DNA of 62,157 nucleotides, counting the filler, from Nemertoderma westbladi (Eukaryota; Animalia; Xenacoelomorpha): the NCBI GenBank assembly GCA_032718475.1. It is 4 parts of 4 records of this genome, joined end to end, with 100 filler letters (N's around TTAATTAATTAA, not from the genome) between each part and the next. Parts side by side here need not be neighbours in the genome. Positions count along the whole stretch, not along the records: positions 33,239 to 57,257 come from JAUCBJ010003273.1; 3 more parts are not named here. One strand, written 5' to 3'. Made by a program: the position numbers and the translations under genes. The notes under the pieces are model-generated. The model was not told the DNA's origin. It saw only the letters and a program-made list of their open reading frames with translations, and did no database searches. Positions 40,926 through 54,406 of the stretch are shown here, piece by piece (positions within the stretch are counted from its first letter, which is position 1; every line of letters starts with the position of its first letter).

Positions 40926-42317
40926 ATGGCGGACAGGGACAGTGCGTCAGAGACATACGAAAGCGACGCGAGTATAGCTAGTAGCGACATGGGGATGGAT
41001 ACAACACCATCGCGGTCTATTGGTGCGTCCAAGGACCAACTGCACAACCGAGTGAACTCGTTACAGCAGGAGAACCGAGTACTAAAGTTGGAGGTTGAGA
41101 CCCTGAAACTGAAATGGAAAGCGATGGGAGAGGAGAATCGGATGCTAAGGAAGACGAGCGTTTCCATCCAAGCTAAAGCTGAGCAGGAAGAGGAGTACAT
41201 ATCGAATACATTGCTGAGGAAAATTGAGAAGCTAAAAAAAGAAAAGGAGAAGTTGGCTATGAATTACGAACAAGAGGAAGAGTTTCTTACAAACGATTTG
41301 TCGAGGAAGTTGCAGCAGTTGAGAGATGAGAAGTCGTCTTTAGAGAGGACGCTGGAGAGAGAGCAAGAGTTCCAGGTGAATAAACTGATACGGAAGATCG
41401 AGAGATTGCAAGGAGAGATATCGGGGAAACAGAACTCGTTGGAACAGTTGAGAAGGGAGAAGGTTGACTTGGAGAATGTGTTGGAGCAGGAGCAGGAGAT
41501 GCTGGTAAACCGATTGTGGAAGAAGATGGAGCGGTTGGAGAAAGAGAAGAGGATGCTGCAGGATCGGTTGGAGCAGCAAGGGATCCCGGGGAGTCCGGCG
41601 GAGGAGAACCGAGATGGTAACGGATCGATCGGGGCGACGCCGGAGTTCCTCGCGGGGAACATTAAGAAACTCCGAGCCGAGGTGAGCCGACTCCGGGGGA
41701 ATCTGAGCACCTCGCAGCACGAGACAGAACGGAAGATGGCCACCATGGCCGAGGAGGAACGCCATCTCAAGGAGGAGAACGTCCGTCTGCAACGGAAGCT
41801 GCATCGCGAGATGGAGAGATCTGAGCATCTCAATCGGGCCTTGAGCGAGTCCGAGTCCATGTCCGAGGTTGAGGATGAGCGGCAGTTCAACGAGCTCTCG
41901 TCGGAGCGTCCGAGCCGTGGTCGGACCCCGTCCTCCCCGATACCCCTGGGTACCGCGCCCTGGGGAGCGCCCACGGGCGCCCATCCAGCGCCCAGTAGCC
42001 GCCCACTCAGTCCCGGAAGTCCCATGTCCCGCTGTCCCACCTGCGGGAACTACTCGTACCCCCTGGGTTTCTGCACCCCCAATGCCTCGCCGCCCCTCCT
42101 CTCCCACCCCCCTGGGATACCCTCTCACTCTCACGCCTCTAGCGGACGGGCTCGCATCAACAGCACCCCGGATAAAGTCTCCTCGTCTAAGTCTGCTGGC
42201 ACCGCTGATTGGGCTAAGTTTATCAAACCGTCAGGGATTCCCAGCCCCAGGGCGGGCTCTGAGTCTCCCAGCTCGTCTGGAGTCTCTCACCACGGGACCC
42301 GTTCTCTACCCCGTTAA
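40926..42317 (+). CDS. CCDC6: Coiled-coil domain-containing protein 6 (DUF2046 family), single coding exon
   Basis: MAD.DSASE start; [16 protein letters not shown]; [16 protein letters not shown]; [20 protein letters not shown]; [26 protein letters not shown]; LSESES...EDERQFNE; Pro/Ser-rich tail. Confidence 0.93.
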   Translation: MADRDSASETYESDASIASSDMGMDTTPSRSIGASKDQLHNRVNSLQQENRVLKLEVETLKLKWKAMGEENRMLRKTSVSIQAKAEQEEEYISNTLLRKIEKLKKEKEKLAMNYEQEEEFLTNDLSRKLQQLRDEKSSLERTLEREQEFQVNKLIRKIERLQGEISGKQNSLEQLRREKVDLENVLEQEQEMLVNRLWKKMERLEKEKRMLQDRLEQQGIPGSPAEENRDGNGSIGATPEFLAGNIKKLRAEVSRLRGNLSTSQHETERKMATMAEEERHLKEENVRLQRKLHREMERSEHLNRALSESESMSEVEDERQFNELSSERPSRGRTPSSPIPLGTAPWGAPTGAHPAPSSRPLSPGSPMSRCPTCGNYSYPLGFCTPNASPPLLSHPPGIPSHSHASSGRARINSTPDKVSSSKSAGTADWAKFIKPSGIPSPRAGSESPSSSGVSHHGTRSLPR

Positions 42318-42542
42318 CCTATCCCAACCCAGACAGTGACTCTACCCCCTCGCTTGCCTTATAACATTTATTTGGCGATTAATTCCGCCCTATGTAGGCC
42401 TACTTAAATTAATTATATTAAATTCAGTTAAGTTTGATTAGGTTATGCCAGTTTTTGGTACATCTGAACACTAGACCGGCCAAGGAGCAAGTTTGAAATG
42501 TAATCTGGGTGCCCTGAATATGTGTAGCGAAAGTCACAAGTG

Positions 42543-44228
42543 AGTGATCGTAAAAGTCTCTAGTGATGGTGAAAGTCACTAGTGATGGTGAAAGTCACTA
42601 GTGATGGTGAAAGTCACTAGTGATGGTGAAAGTCACTAGTGATGGTGAAAGTCACTAGTGATGGTGAAAGTCACTAGTGATGGTGAAAGTCACTAGTGAT
42701 GGTGAAAGTCACTAGTGATGGTGAAAGTCACTAGTGATCGTAAAAGTCTCTAGTGATGGTGAAAGTCACTAGTGATGGTGAAAGTCACTAGTGATGGTGA
42801 AAGTCACTAGTGATGGTGAAAGTCACTAGTGATGGTGAAAGTCACTAGTGATGGTGAAAGTCACTAGTGATGGTGAAAGTCACTAGTGATGGTGAAAGTC
42901 ACTAGTGATGGTGAAAGTCACTAGTGATCGTAAAAGTCTCTAGTGATGGTGAAAGTCACTAGTGATGGTGAAAGTCACTAGTGATGGTGAAAGTCACTAG
43001 TGATCGTAAAAGTCTCTAGTGATGGTGAAAGTCACTAGTGATGGTGAAAGTCACTAGTGATGGTGAAAGTCACTAGTGATGGTGAAAGTCACTAGTGATG
43101 GTGAAAGTCACTAGTGATGGTGAAAGTCACTAGTGATGGTGAAAGTCACTAGTGATGGTGAAAGTCACTAGTGATGGTGAAAGTCACTAGTGATGGTGAA
43201 AGTCACTAGTGATCGTAAAAGTCTCTAGTGATGGTGAAAGTCACTAGTGATGGTGAAAGTCACTAGTGATGGTGAAAGTCACTAGTGATGGTGAAAGTCA
43301 CTAGTGATGGTGAAAGTCACTAGTGATGGTGAAAGTCACTAGTGATCGTAAAAGTCTCTAGTGATGGTGAAAGTCACTAGTGATGGTGAAAGTCACTAGT
43401 GATGGTGAAAGTCACTAGTGATGGTGAAAGTCACTAGTGATGGTGAAAGTCACTAGTGATGGTGAAAGTCACTAGTGATGGTGAAAGTCACTAGTGATGG
43501 TGAAAGTCACTAGTGATCGTAAAAGTCACTAGTGATGGTGAAAGTCACTAGTGATGGTGAAAGTCACTAGTGATGGTGAAAGTCACTAGTGATGGTGAAA
43601 GTCACTAGTGATGGTGAAAGTCACTAGTGATGGTGAAAGTCACTAGTGATGGTGAAAGTCACTAGTGATGGTGAAAGTCACTAGTGATGGTGAAAGTCAC
43701 TAGTGATCGTAAAAGTCACTAGTGATGGTGAAAGTCACTAGTGATGGTGAAAGTCACTAGTGATGGTGAAAGTCACTAGTGATGGTGAAAGTCACTAGTG
43801 ATGGTGAAAGTCACTAGTGATGGTGAAAGTCACTAGTGATGGTGAAAGTCACTAGTGATGGTAAAAGTCACTAGTGATGGTGAAAGTCACTAGTGATGGT
43901 AAAAGTCTCTAGTGATGGTGAAAGTCACTAGTGATGGTAAAAGTCTCTAGTGATGGTGAAAGTCACTAGTGATGGTGAAAGTCACTAGTGATGGTGAAAG
44001 TCACTAGTGATCGTAAAAGTCTCTAGTGATGGTGAAAGTCACTAGTGATGGTGAAAGTCACTAGTGATGGTGAAAGTCACTAGTGATGGTGAAAGTCACT
44101 AGTGATGGTGAAAGTCACTAGTGATGGTGAAAGTCACTAGTGATGGTAAAAGTCACTAGTGATGGTGAAAGTCACTAGTGATGGTAAAAGTCTCTAGTGA
44201 TGGTGAAAGTCACTACTGATGGTGAAAG
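42543..44228. repeat. 19-bp satellite AGTGATGGTGAAAGTCACT (about 88 units)
   Basis: Tandem units with a recurring variant AGTGATCGTAAAAGTCTCT. Unit junctions form the palindrome TCACTAGTGA. Confidence 0.97.
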
Positions 44229-45383
44229 AATGAACTGAAATTGTTATTATTTTGATTGAAGACGTCCCGCTGCTCGCGCATCTGCTGTCCCGGGGGTCAA
44301 CCCCACCAGCAGTGGATCGCCTTCGAAATAGGAAACGATAATAAAAGCTTTATTTTTAACAAGTAGCTCAAGTGGTTTTAGCTTTAGGCACAGTCTATTG
44401 AATATCCCTTGTTTTAAACTTTAAAATTCATTTATTATACTAAAATATATTTTCCTGCCTCAACTAAAACGTGGACCTAAACATTAAACGTAGTAATTAA
44501 TAATGGATGAAAAATACACAATTTTTGCTTCTTTGTGAGACTTGATTCCGGGTGCCTAATTTTAAACTGAAGTCCGCGTCTTTGTCTGAAGGGTAATTAA
44601 TTATAATATATTGTGAATTATTACCTTCTTGAAAATAATTGTGATGATGTTAAATTCATAATTTACCGTTAATTGCTCCTGTGTGATCTTTTGATCCCTT
44701 TGACTCATCTCATTTTGAAGGTGTACATGAAAAATTAGCTAAAGTTACGGACAAAATGAATTGCAGACCATTTCAAAATCAGGTAAGATGGAGAAATAAT
44801 TTGGTATCAAAAACGGCTTAACTTTCTCTGTTGTATTTGTTATTGTATTGAAGTAATATAAATTATATAGCTAATATATGAATATGTTATTGAGAAAATA
44901 TATATGATGCAGTGAATCCTCTATTAATTGTTATCTGTTTTTAACGTTTAACTTTATTTAAATATATTCGTTTATGTGACACAATCCCAATTAGTGTGTA
45001 CCGAAATTTAATAATATCAATGAATATAATTATTATAATTGTCTCTCTTAGTTTCTGGTTTTTAGAGACAGTATTAGTGTTATCCCGTTTATAAGAGAGT
45101 GTGGCCAGTTTGGGTTTAGTATACTACCTTGGGAGTATGTGGTGAAATTGTTTGTCGTTTTTTTCTTCTCTTTCCAACTCGCCTGGCATCGCATATATAG
45201 CCAGTGCAGTGCGCCACAGGTTCTAATATCGTAATTTAAACGAAACACAATGCCAAAAATAGAAGCTATGTTCCAACGGTTGTCAATGTTGTTTCAGAAT
45301 AAATTGATCTTACAGTAAACTCTGATTTAATGGGGATAGAATCCTATTTATAAGACGCATGGAAGTTTAAAATATCGCACTAG

Positions 45384-48300
45384 GTAATAACGCGTGATGC
45401 GCATAACGTAATAACGCGTGATGCACATAACGTAATAACGCGTGATGCACATAACGTAATAACGCGTGATGCACATAACGTAATAACGCGTGATGCACAT
45501 AAAGTAATAACGCGTGATGCACATAACGTAATAACGCGTGATGCGCATAACGTAATAACGCGTGATGCACATAACGTAATAACGCGTGATGCACATAACG
45601 TAATAACGCGTGATGCACATAACGTAATAACGCGTGATGCACATAACGTAATAACGCGTGATGCACATAACGTAATAACGCGTGATGCATATAACGTAAT
45701 AACGCGTGATGCACATAACGTAATAACGCGTGATGCACATAACGTAAATAACGCGTGATGCACATAACGTAATAACGCGTGATGCACATAACGTAATAAC
45801 GCGTGATGCACATAAAGTAATAACGCGTGATGCACATAACGTAATAACGCGTGATGCGCATAACGTAATAACGCGTGATGCACATAACGTAATAACGCGT
45901 GATGCACATAACGTAATAACGCGTGATGCACATAACGTAATAACGCGTGATGCACATAACGTAATAACGCGTGATGCACATAACGTAATAACGCGTGATG
46001 CATATAACGTAATAACGCGTGATGCACATAACGTAATAACGCGTGATGCACATAACGTAATAACGCGTGATGCACATAACGTAATAACGCGTGATGCACA
46101 TAACGCAATAACGCGTGATGCACATAACGTAATAACGCGTGATGCATATAACGTAATAACGCGTGATGCACATAACGTAATAACGCGTGATGCGCATAAC
46201 GTAATAACGCGTGATGCACATAACGTAATAACGCGTGATGCACATAACGTAATAACGCGTATTGCACATAACGTAATACCGCGTGATGCATATAACGTAA
46301 TAACGCGTGATGCACATAACGTAATAACGCGTGATGCGCATAACGTAATAACGCGTGATGCACATAACGTAATAACGCGTGATGCACATAACGTAATAAC
46401 GAGTGATGCACATAACGCAATAACGCGTATTGCACATAACGTAATACCGCGTGATGCATATAACGTAATAACGCGTGATGCACATAACGTAATAACGCGT
46501 GATGCGCATAACGTAATAACGCGTGATGCACATAACGTAATAACGCGTGATGCACATAACGTAATAACGCGTATTGCACATAACGTAATACCGCGTGATG
46601 CATATAACGTAATAACGCGTGATGCACATAACGTAATAACGCGTGATGCGCATAACGTAATAACGCGTGATGCACATAACGTAATAACGCGTGATGCACA
46701 TAACGTAATAACGCGTGATGCACATCACGTAATAACGCGTATTGCACATAACGTAATACCGCGTGATGCATATAACGTAATAACGCGTGATGCACATAAC
46801 GTAATAACGCGTGATGCACATAACGTAATAACGAGTGATGCACATAACGCAATAACGCGTATTGCACATAACGTAATAACGCGTGATGCACATAACGTAA
46901 TAACGCGTGATGCACATAACGTAATAACGCGTGATGCACATAACGTAATAACGCGTGATGCACATAAAGTAATAACGCGTGATGCACATAACGTAATAAC
47001 GCGTGATGCACATAACGTAATAACGCGTGATGCACATAAAGTAATAACGCGTGATGCACATAACGTAATAACGCGTGATGCGCATAACGTAATAACGCGT
47101 GATGCACATAACGTAATAACGCGTGATGCACATAACGTAATAACGCGTGATGCACATAACGTAATAACGCGTGATGCACATAACGTAATAACGCGTGATG
47201 CACATAACGTAATAACGCGTGATGCACATAACGTAATAACGCGTGATGCATATAACGTAATAACGCGTGATGCACATAACGTAATAACGCGTGATGCACA
47301 TAACGTAATAACGAGTGATGCACATAACGCAATAACGCGTATTGCACATAACGTAATACCGCGTGATGCATATAACGTAATAACGCGTGATGCACATAAC
47401 GTAATAACGCGTGATGCGCATAACGTAATAACGCGTGATGCACATAACGTAATAACGCGTGATGCACATAACGTAATAACGCGTATTGCACATAACGTAA
47501 TACCGCGTGATGCATATAACGTAATAACGCGTGATGCACATAACGTAATAACGCGTGATGCGCATAACGTAATAACGCGTGATGCACATAACGTAATAAC
47601 GCGTGATGCACATAACGTAATAACGAGTGATGCACATAACGCAATAACGCGTATTGCACATAACGTAATACCGCGTGATGCATATAACGTAATAACGCGT
47701 GATGCACATAACGTAATAACGCGTGATGCGCATAACGTAATAACGCGTGATGCACATAACGTAATAACGCGTGATGCACATAACGTAATAACGCGTATTG
47801 CACATAACGTAATACCGCGTGATGCATATAACGTAATAACGCGTGATGCACATAACGTAATAACGCGTGATGCGCATAACGTAATAACGCGTGATGCACA
47901 TAACGTAATAACGCGTGATGCACATAACGTAATAACGCGTGATGCACATCACGTAATAACGCGTATTGCACATAACGTAATACCGCGTGATGCATATAAC
48001 GTAATAACGCGTGATGCACATAACGTAATAACGCGTGATGCACATAACGTAATAACGAGTGATGCACATAACGCAATAACGCGTATTGCACATAACGTAA
48101 TAACGCGTGATGCACATAACGTAATAACGCGTGATGCACATAACGTAATAACGCGTGATGCACATAACGTAATAACGCGTGATGCACATAAAGTAATAAC
48201 GCGTGATGCACATAACGTAATAACGCGTGATGCACATAACGTAATAACGCGTGATGCACATAACGCAATAACGCGTGATGCACATAACGTAATAACGCGT

Positions 48301-48691
48301 GATGCATATAACGTAATAACGCGTGATGCATATAACGTAATAACGCGTGATGCACATAACGTAATAACGAGTGATGCACATAACGCAATAACGCGTGATG
48401 CACATAACGTAATAACGCGTGATGCACATAACGTAATAACGCGTGATGCACATAACGCAATAACGCGTGATGCACATAACGTAATAACGCGTGATGCACA
48501 TAACGCAATAACGCGTGATGCACATAACGTAATAACGCGTGATGCACATAACGTAATAACGAGTGATGCACATAACGCAATAACGCGTGATGCACATAAC
48601 GCAATAACGCGTGATGCACATAACGTAATAACGCGTGATGCACATAACGTAATAACGCGTGATGCACATAACGTAATAACGCGTGATGCAC
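45384..48691. repeat. 24-bp CpG-rich satellite TAATAACGCGTGATGCACATAACG (about 138 units)
   Basis: Tandem units. A unique variant (cacatcacg) recurs at 46721 and 47945, a 1224-bp (51-unit) offset. Confidence 0.97.
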
Positions 48692-48784
48692 TTTAATTAT
48701 CATTACAACATAATTGCTAAGAATTAAAAATAGTATCTAATAATTCTTGAATGAGATAGCATCCATATTATAAACAAGAATACT

Positions 48785-49010
48785 ATGTCGACTTATCGGC
48801 AAAATTCCGCCGCCACAACCCCCATTTACAATCCTCCATGACTTTCGCGAGATCTTCCGCATCTTCAAGGCCAGTCTCCTTTAAGCGGCGTATAACAAAA
48901 GTAAAGCACTGCCACCTTACATATTTTCTCCATGAGGCTTTCCAAATGATAAGATAATGCCTAGGCTGGTCCTCACGGCGAAAGCAATGTCCTGCAAAGC
49001 GGAATTTCCA
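48785..49010 (-). mobile_element. RTE LINE 3'-end fragment
   Basis: The reverse complement encodes FRFAGHCFRREDQP ... ETGLEDAEDLAKVME, homologous to about 59740-59930. Confidence 0.75.
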
Positions 49011-49289
49011 AGTAGAATTTACGTGTGGCCTTTGAGAAGCTAAGATAAATGCAGTTAATTTAGGTAATTAATTAATTGCGGTAAAAAACTGCAATTTCAA
49101 GCCTGTCTTTTAGGTATATTATATTGTTTTAATTCCTGTACATAGATAAAATGTAAATGGGAATAGTAAAACCAAATGCATCATTAAAACATGCTAAATA
49201 AGTAAGTAATAAGTATAAAGTCTTTGACAAATTAAATAAAATTACATTAAGTATAGATGATATAAGAAATTAAATAATAAACATTGGAC

Positions 49290-49740
49290 ATTAACTCAGT
49301 CGAAAAATAACGGCATCTCATTACTAATAAGGTATCGTATGGCCATAGGTGCAAATGAGTTCTGAAATAATTTCGTACGAACGTTTGGCATTGTGTATTT
49401 GCTGCGATTTGAGGTGGACGTTGACTTGGAGGCCATGATAAAATCATGTAAGGGGTGTCGGGGTGTGGCCACAATCTTGTTAACCATGTTGACAAATTGA
49501 GTGGAGAATGCGTCATTAATATATTTTAAGTACACATGTTTATCTATCTTAGAGTGCCTTGCGTACAGTGATATTGGTTTACGCAGCTTCTAACTTAGAC
49601 TGGATGGTGTAAGAGCGACCCAAGCCACAGAACAGTACAAATAGTGTGGTGCAATGTATGTTTGGAATATAAATATTTTAGTCTTTTTACTCGCAAACCG
49701 AATGAAGAAGCTGAACTGGCGGACTATGTAGTTAACTTGT
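49290..49740 (-). mobile_element. Degenerate LINE ORF2 C-terminal fragment
   Basis: HPLH...RTKLFQNSFAPMAIRYL resembles the RT.R..NSF.P.AIR tail of L2/CR1/Rex-type ORF2 proteins. Confidence 0.55.
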
Positions 49741-51136
49741 TTAGAGGAAATTAATTATTTTCTAGTATAAGATATAAATAATTATACTTAAAAAAATTAT
49801 ACAGCTGTAACCCCCATACCCCATTCCGTTATAGTTTTTAATTAGTTCAAGTGTTTTGCTTTATTAAATGTGTTTTTAATTGCTCTAATGTAATTAAAAC
49901 GACATTAACTGCTTAGTTATTGGCCATTAGAGTTCGCTGATATAATTCTTCTAGGATGGGATGTGTAGACCTATTGCTGGATCAGCAGGCAGCAGCAGTA
50001 AGTGAATTGGGTTGAAGGAATGGGCTGGGTATGAAATTTCTGTAGGACAAGTTATGGATTTTATATTCCTAACAAGCCAGTGGCATCGCTCTTTGCCTTC
50101 CTGCCTGACTACTCCTGACTACCTACCGAGCTATTCATTTATTCTCAACCTGTTTAACTGATATTCCTACAGAGTCTGTAAATATATTTATTGCTTTAGC
50201 TAAACGACAGATTTAATAATGATTGTCTATAATAAGGCTTATATCCGAAAGTGTTTATTTCTCAAAATATTAGGCTTATTATTTTTTGATAGGATATCTG
50301 TGTAGGCCTATTTGAATTGTCTAAGTTTTTACACTGAGGCATTAACAAAGGGTACATGTAAATTAAATTAATTATTTGAATATCATTACTGCATCGACTG
50401 CATTTAGTACTGCGTTGATTATATTCCTATAAACCATACGGTACCTGGCTTCGCATATTGATTGCATCGATAGTTATAAAGATCGCCAGTCTGCGTTTAG
50501 GAAATAAATTTAAATACAAAACAGGACGAGCGCAACGAGGCTTATAATGAAGACGAGTACTGCGTTTATTATATTCTAAATTTTAATTTGTGTCTCATAA
50601 CTGAGCCTCGTGCTGCGCGAAGCCCCCAGGAACGTGTTATATAGTGTCTGGTTGGAGATGTGTGCACTTCCATATCCTGGACAGCACATTTAGTGCTGCC
50701 CAATTGAATTGACTAGTAAGGTTAAGATGGAAAATATATTAAATATTTAGGCGCCGCTTTTGAGGGTCTGCTTTCCAGAAGTAGCTATTACTTATCTGGA
50801 GAAAGCTGATGGGGGGGGGGGGGGGGGGGGGGGATTCGACGCAATGAAAATTAATTCCTCTCCACTCTCCAGGGTAAAATCGACGCAAATCACGGCTGAA
50901 TACTCCACAAAAATAAAATTTAACCTGTTCTATTTACTTATTGTTATTGTTACTTATTATTACTTAACATGCCACTGTAACCAGCTCCTTTCCCTAATTT
51001 GCGTTATTTTTCGATAGTTAACCGTAGGTTTAAGTTTATATACTGATATAAAATTATTAGTTTAAACATCAATTCCCGCAAGTTGCTCTGCTCTTCTTTA
51101 ATACCGTAATGTACTGGTACCAGAGGTAGTGCTTTA

Positions 51137-51313
51137 AGGCCATGATACACCACAGGATCGGCAGCGGCCTCTTTTTAAAAATAGAACACATTATTTTCTA
51201 TGGCTGATGATACACCACAAATGGCTGCTGCCGCTCGCCGCTCCTATAGTGTATCATACTAAAAGTCGCCGCTCACATCAGCCGCTCGCCGCTCCTGTGG
51301 TGTATCATGGCCT
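51137..51313. mobile_element. PIF/Harbinger-type MITE
   Basis: TIRs AGGCCATGATACACCACAGGA / TCCTGTGGTGTATCATGGCCT, with TTA target duplication on both sides. Confidence 0.8.
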
Positions 51314-52603
51314 TTAAACGTTTACCACCGTAACGGTATTTATTAAAAATTGGAAAGTTCTGCCTAATGAAATAAATAACGTAGATAATCAACATTCATT
51401 TAAATCGCTAATTAAATGTCACTACCGTGTATACATAAATACAATAGTACTACTGTAAGTTATTAGGTTTTAATAATGTACTGTATATGCCAACTGTAAT
51501 TACGTTTTATAATTTCTACTGCATATTTATCGTTGAGTCGGGCATTGCCGCGCTCTTGGTGAAGTTGTACGTTAGTTACTTTTTATATTAGTTTTCTATC
51601 TATCGACATTATTATATAAATTAAGAAGGAAAGGAAAAAGTACATCGTAGGCCTGTCACTACAGGGAAGCAGCACCACAAACTAGCGTCAACGGCATATC
51701 TACTTCTTGATATTTGAAGATTTCACATTTCAAGCTGTTTTAAACATTTAAGCTGTTTTAAAACTGTCTGTAATAAATATCCTTTATTGGTTTTATTAAA
51801 CATAGGCAGTCAGCAAATGTGTTTTTGATCCCAGAAATCAGCTGATCATTGATTGCATGTGACTTCCAGGTCCCCATTTGCTTTTTAGTTTAGCATCTCA
51901 GCTAAATCACGTGGTGTTTATTTTTGCGTTATAGACGAGAAAATATTAAGTCCTGGATAACGAGTAAGTTTAATATTAGTGTAATTTATTTAAAAAGGGA
52001 ATTGAGAAATTAAAGGAGTTGCTTTATTTCTTAAAAATCAAATGTTAAACATTAACTTTCCTTACTCTATGTGCTGTATATTCGTACCGGTATCGATAAT
52101 TCCCGCATAGTATTATATTATTAACATGCTGTTTCGAAATAAAGGCTGAAAGGTGCAGTAGGTTAGCTTTTCAAACTTACCGGTGCGTTTGGTACATGTT
52201 GGAAACGAAAGTAATTGGTACTTCTGTACCTGAAAAGGGCCTAACTCATATGTTGTTTCCTATATACTAATACTACCACTGCTGTTTTCATAAATCAAAT
52301 CTCTTTTATATCAATAATATCGTCGATAATGGAGGTCGAGCACAAAGACGCCTTCTTTGAATCGTTGACTAACCTTATAATCATTATCCCACTTCGCTGG
52401 AGTTATATGAGTAATACTAATTATGCATAAGATATTAAAACTATTTTCTTTTTCGCTATATGATAATATCGACAACATAAAAAAATCACCAAAGCACCTT
52501 TACAAAAGTATTTGCACCAAATTAAAACACATTTTTTTTCCAGCAGAGCACAAATAGCAGTAAACAACAACACCAAACATGTTTGTTAAGGAAAGACGAA
52601 TAA

Positions 52604-54074
52604 TCACTTAAGTTTACCGACGTCCCACTCACCTTCGTTTACCTTAGAATAAGCGACACCGTTTCGCACATCACCATCCATTTCCCCTACGGTATCCGGA
52701 ATCTTACAACCCAATGTATCCGGCAGCAGCAAACTAATAGTCGCGGCTGCGATCGCAAGAGAAGCGAATAGCAGATAGGGAGCGGGGGCGCCATACCAGA
52801 CGCCGAGAGTAACGGCGAACGGGGAGACCATAGAGCCGACACGGGACACCGTGCTACAATTCCGAATCGTAAATGAAAACTATATTGAACGCGCAAGTGA
52901 TAGCGAGTTTACCAATAAGAGCTAAACACGTGATAACGATATCGCGATGGACAATGTTAGGAACGAAAGGGAACGCGAGGCAGGATAGACCACTGAGAAC
53001 GAAGGTGGTAATAAGAGGAGTCCGACGGCCGCATCGATCTAGTACCGGAGGGAGGAATACGGCGGGAAGTTCAACTAAACCCAACAGTATGAAACTCACG
53101 TATTTATCGCCGGGAATGCTTTTAATATTCAGCGTAATTCCGTAGTAAACTAGAGCGCATACCGTCCAACGGAATGCTGCGACCACGATTCGTAGTCGCA
53201 ACGTTCTGTGACGCAGGAAGATTAGCGGCGAGATTGAAGTTCTAGTGTTTTTATTTTTGGACAGTTTGACATGTAAACCGGGCTCTCCGGCCCAAGCGGC
53301 GTAGCGGTTTAGTACGACTTCCGCTTCCGGTTGGCGGTCTCTGGAACTCAACCACCTCGGGGACTCCGGCACGTACCAGACGCTGGCCAATAGGACGAGG
53401 CCGGGGAATGCCGCCGCTAACGTAAGATGGCGCCAATCTCGGTAGAGGTAAGCCAGCCCCGCGAGCGCAGGGAGACCGATGGAGAAGCAGACGTTGACAG
53501 AGTTACCGGCGGCGGCACGCCACTTAGAGCCGACGGATTCCGAGCAGAGAACGTAGCCTGCGATACCGATGCCGCCACCCGCGAATCCTACGATAAACCT
53601 AAACGCGGTGAACGAGGAGTAATCCGATGCGAAACTGGAAGCGAAAGCGGCCGCTGTGAAGATAAGCAGAGTGGAGTAGAAGGTCACCCGACGGCCGTAC
53701 GTGTCGCTAAACCAGCCGCATATAATGGAGCCAAACATAGTGCCCAGCATATAGACGCTGATAGCGGCTCCACTCAGGTAATCTTTCTCGCAGATTAAAT
53801 CCCATTCTGTGGCGATGCTGGTAAACCCGAGATCGGTGCTATAAGATATAGAGTCGCAGCCGGCTGCCGTGCAATGTTTTGTTGCTACTAACGACCGGGA
53901 TACACTGTCGTTTATAATGCAGTTAGCTTGGGAAGGTATTTCCCCGGCATAGACTAGGAGACATGTCTGTAAGGCGGCAGGGATGCTGGCTAGAGCCAGA
54001 GTTAATACAACGAGGACTTGATAAGAACCTATACCGGTAGAACCGGCAACTAAGTAAGCCTCCTCTATATCCAT
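52604..54074 (-). pseudogene. Intronless SLC22 (SLC22A15-like) organic cation transporter with a frameshifting deletion near 52855
   Basis: MDIEEAY..G.YQ start; TSIATEWDLIC; G.FSDTYGRR; ESVG.KWR; VPESPRWL; DRCGRR; IYDSEL then stop. It continues in another frame as CSTVSRVGSMVSPF...LLPDTLG..IPDT. The conserved (F/Y)PT..R...G segment is missing at the junction. Confidence 0.85.
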
Positions 54075-54329
54075 CTTAGGATGTTTGGAGTACAATAAAT
54101 TCAAAAATTCATAACAAAAAGTTGGTGATGGAATAAATTAGGCCTAAGTCTGTCTGTAAGTACAATCAAACAACGGCAAGCCAATCATAGCACTGTACAG
54201 CTGTAGCTGCGCGACTGACAGACTGAGTGACTATTCGGCTAACATGAGTATAAGGAACCAAACCGGTAATATTGGCAGGGAAAAAGTAAGAACCTAAATC
54301 GAAAAGTTCTGCCATTACAGACAAGTTAG

Positions 54330-54406
54330 CAGTGTAGTGTATGCTGTACAGTGTAGTGTATGCTGTACAGTGTAGTGTATGTAGTACAGTGTAGTGTATG
54401 TAGTAC
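54330..54406. repeat. Short 19-bp tandem repeat (4 copies)
   Basis: agtgtagtgtatg(ct/ta)gtac. Confidence 0.85.

Noticed and set aside
41264-42339. Antisense and alternate-frame ORFs over CCDC6
   Set aside because: Shadows of a GC-rich coding region, with no recognisable motifs.
45348-48703. 1100-aa MCITRYYV / VHHALLRY ORFs
   Set aside because: Translations of the 24-bp satellite.
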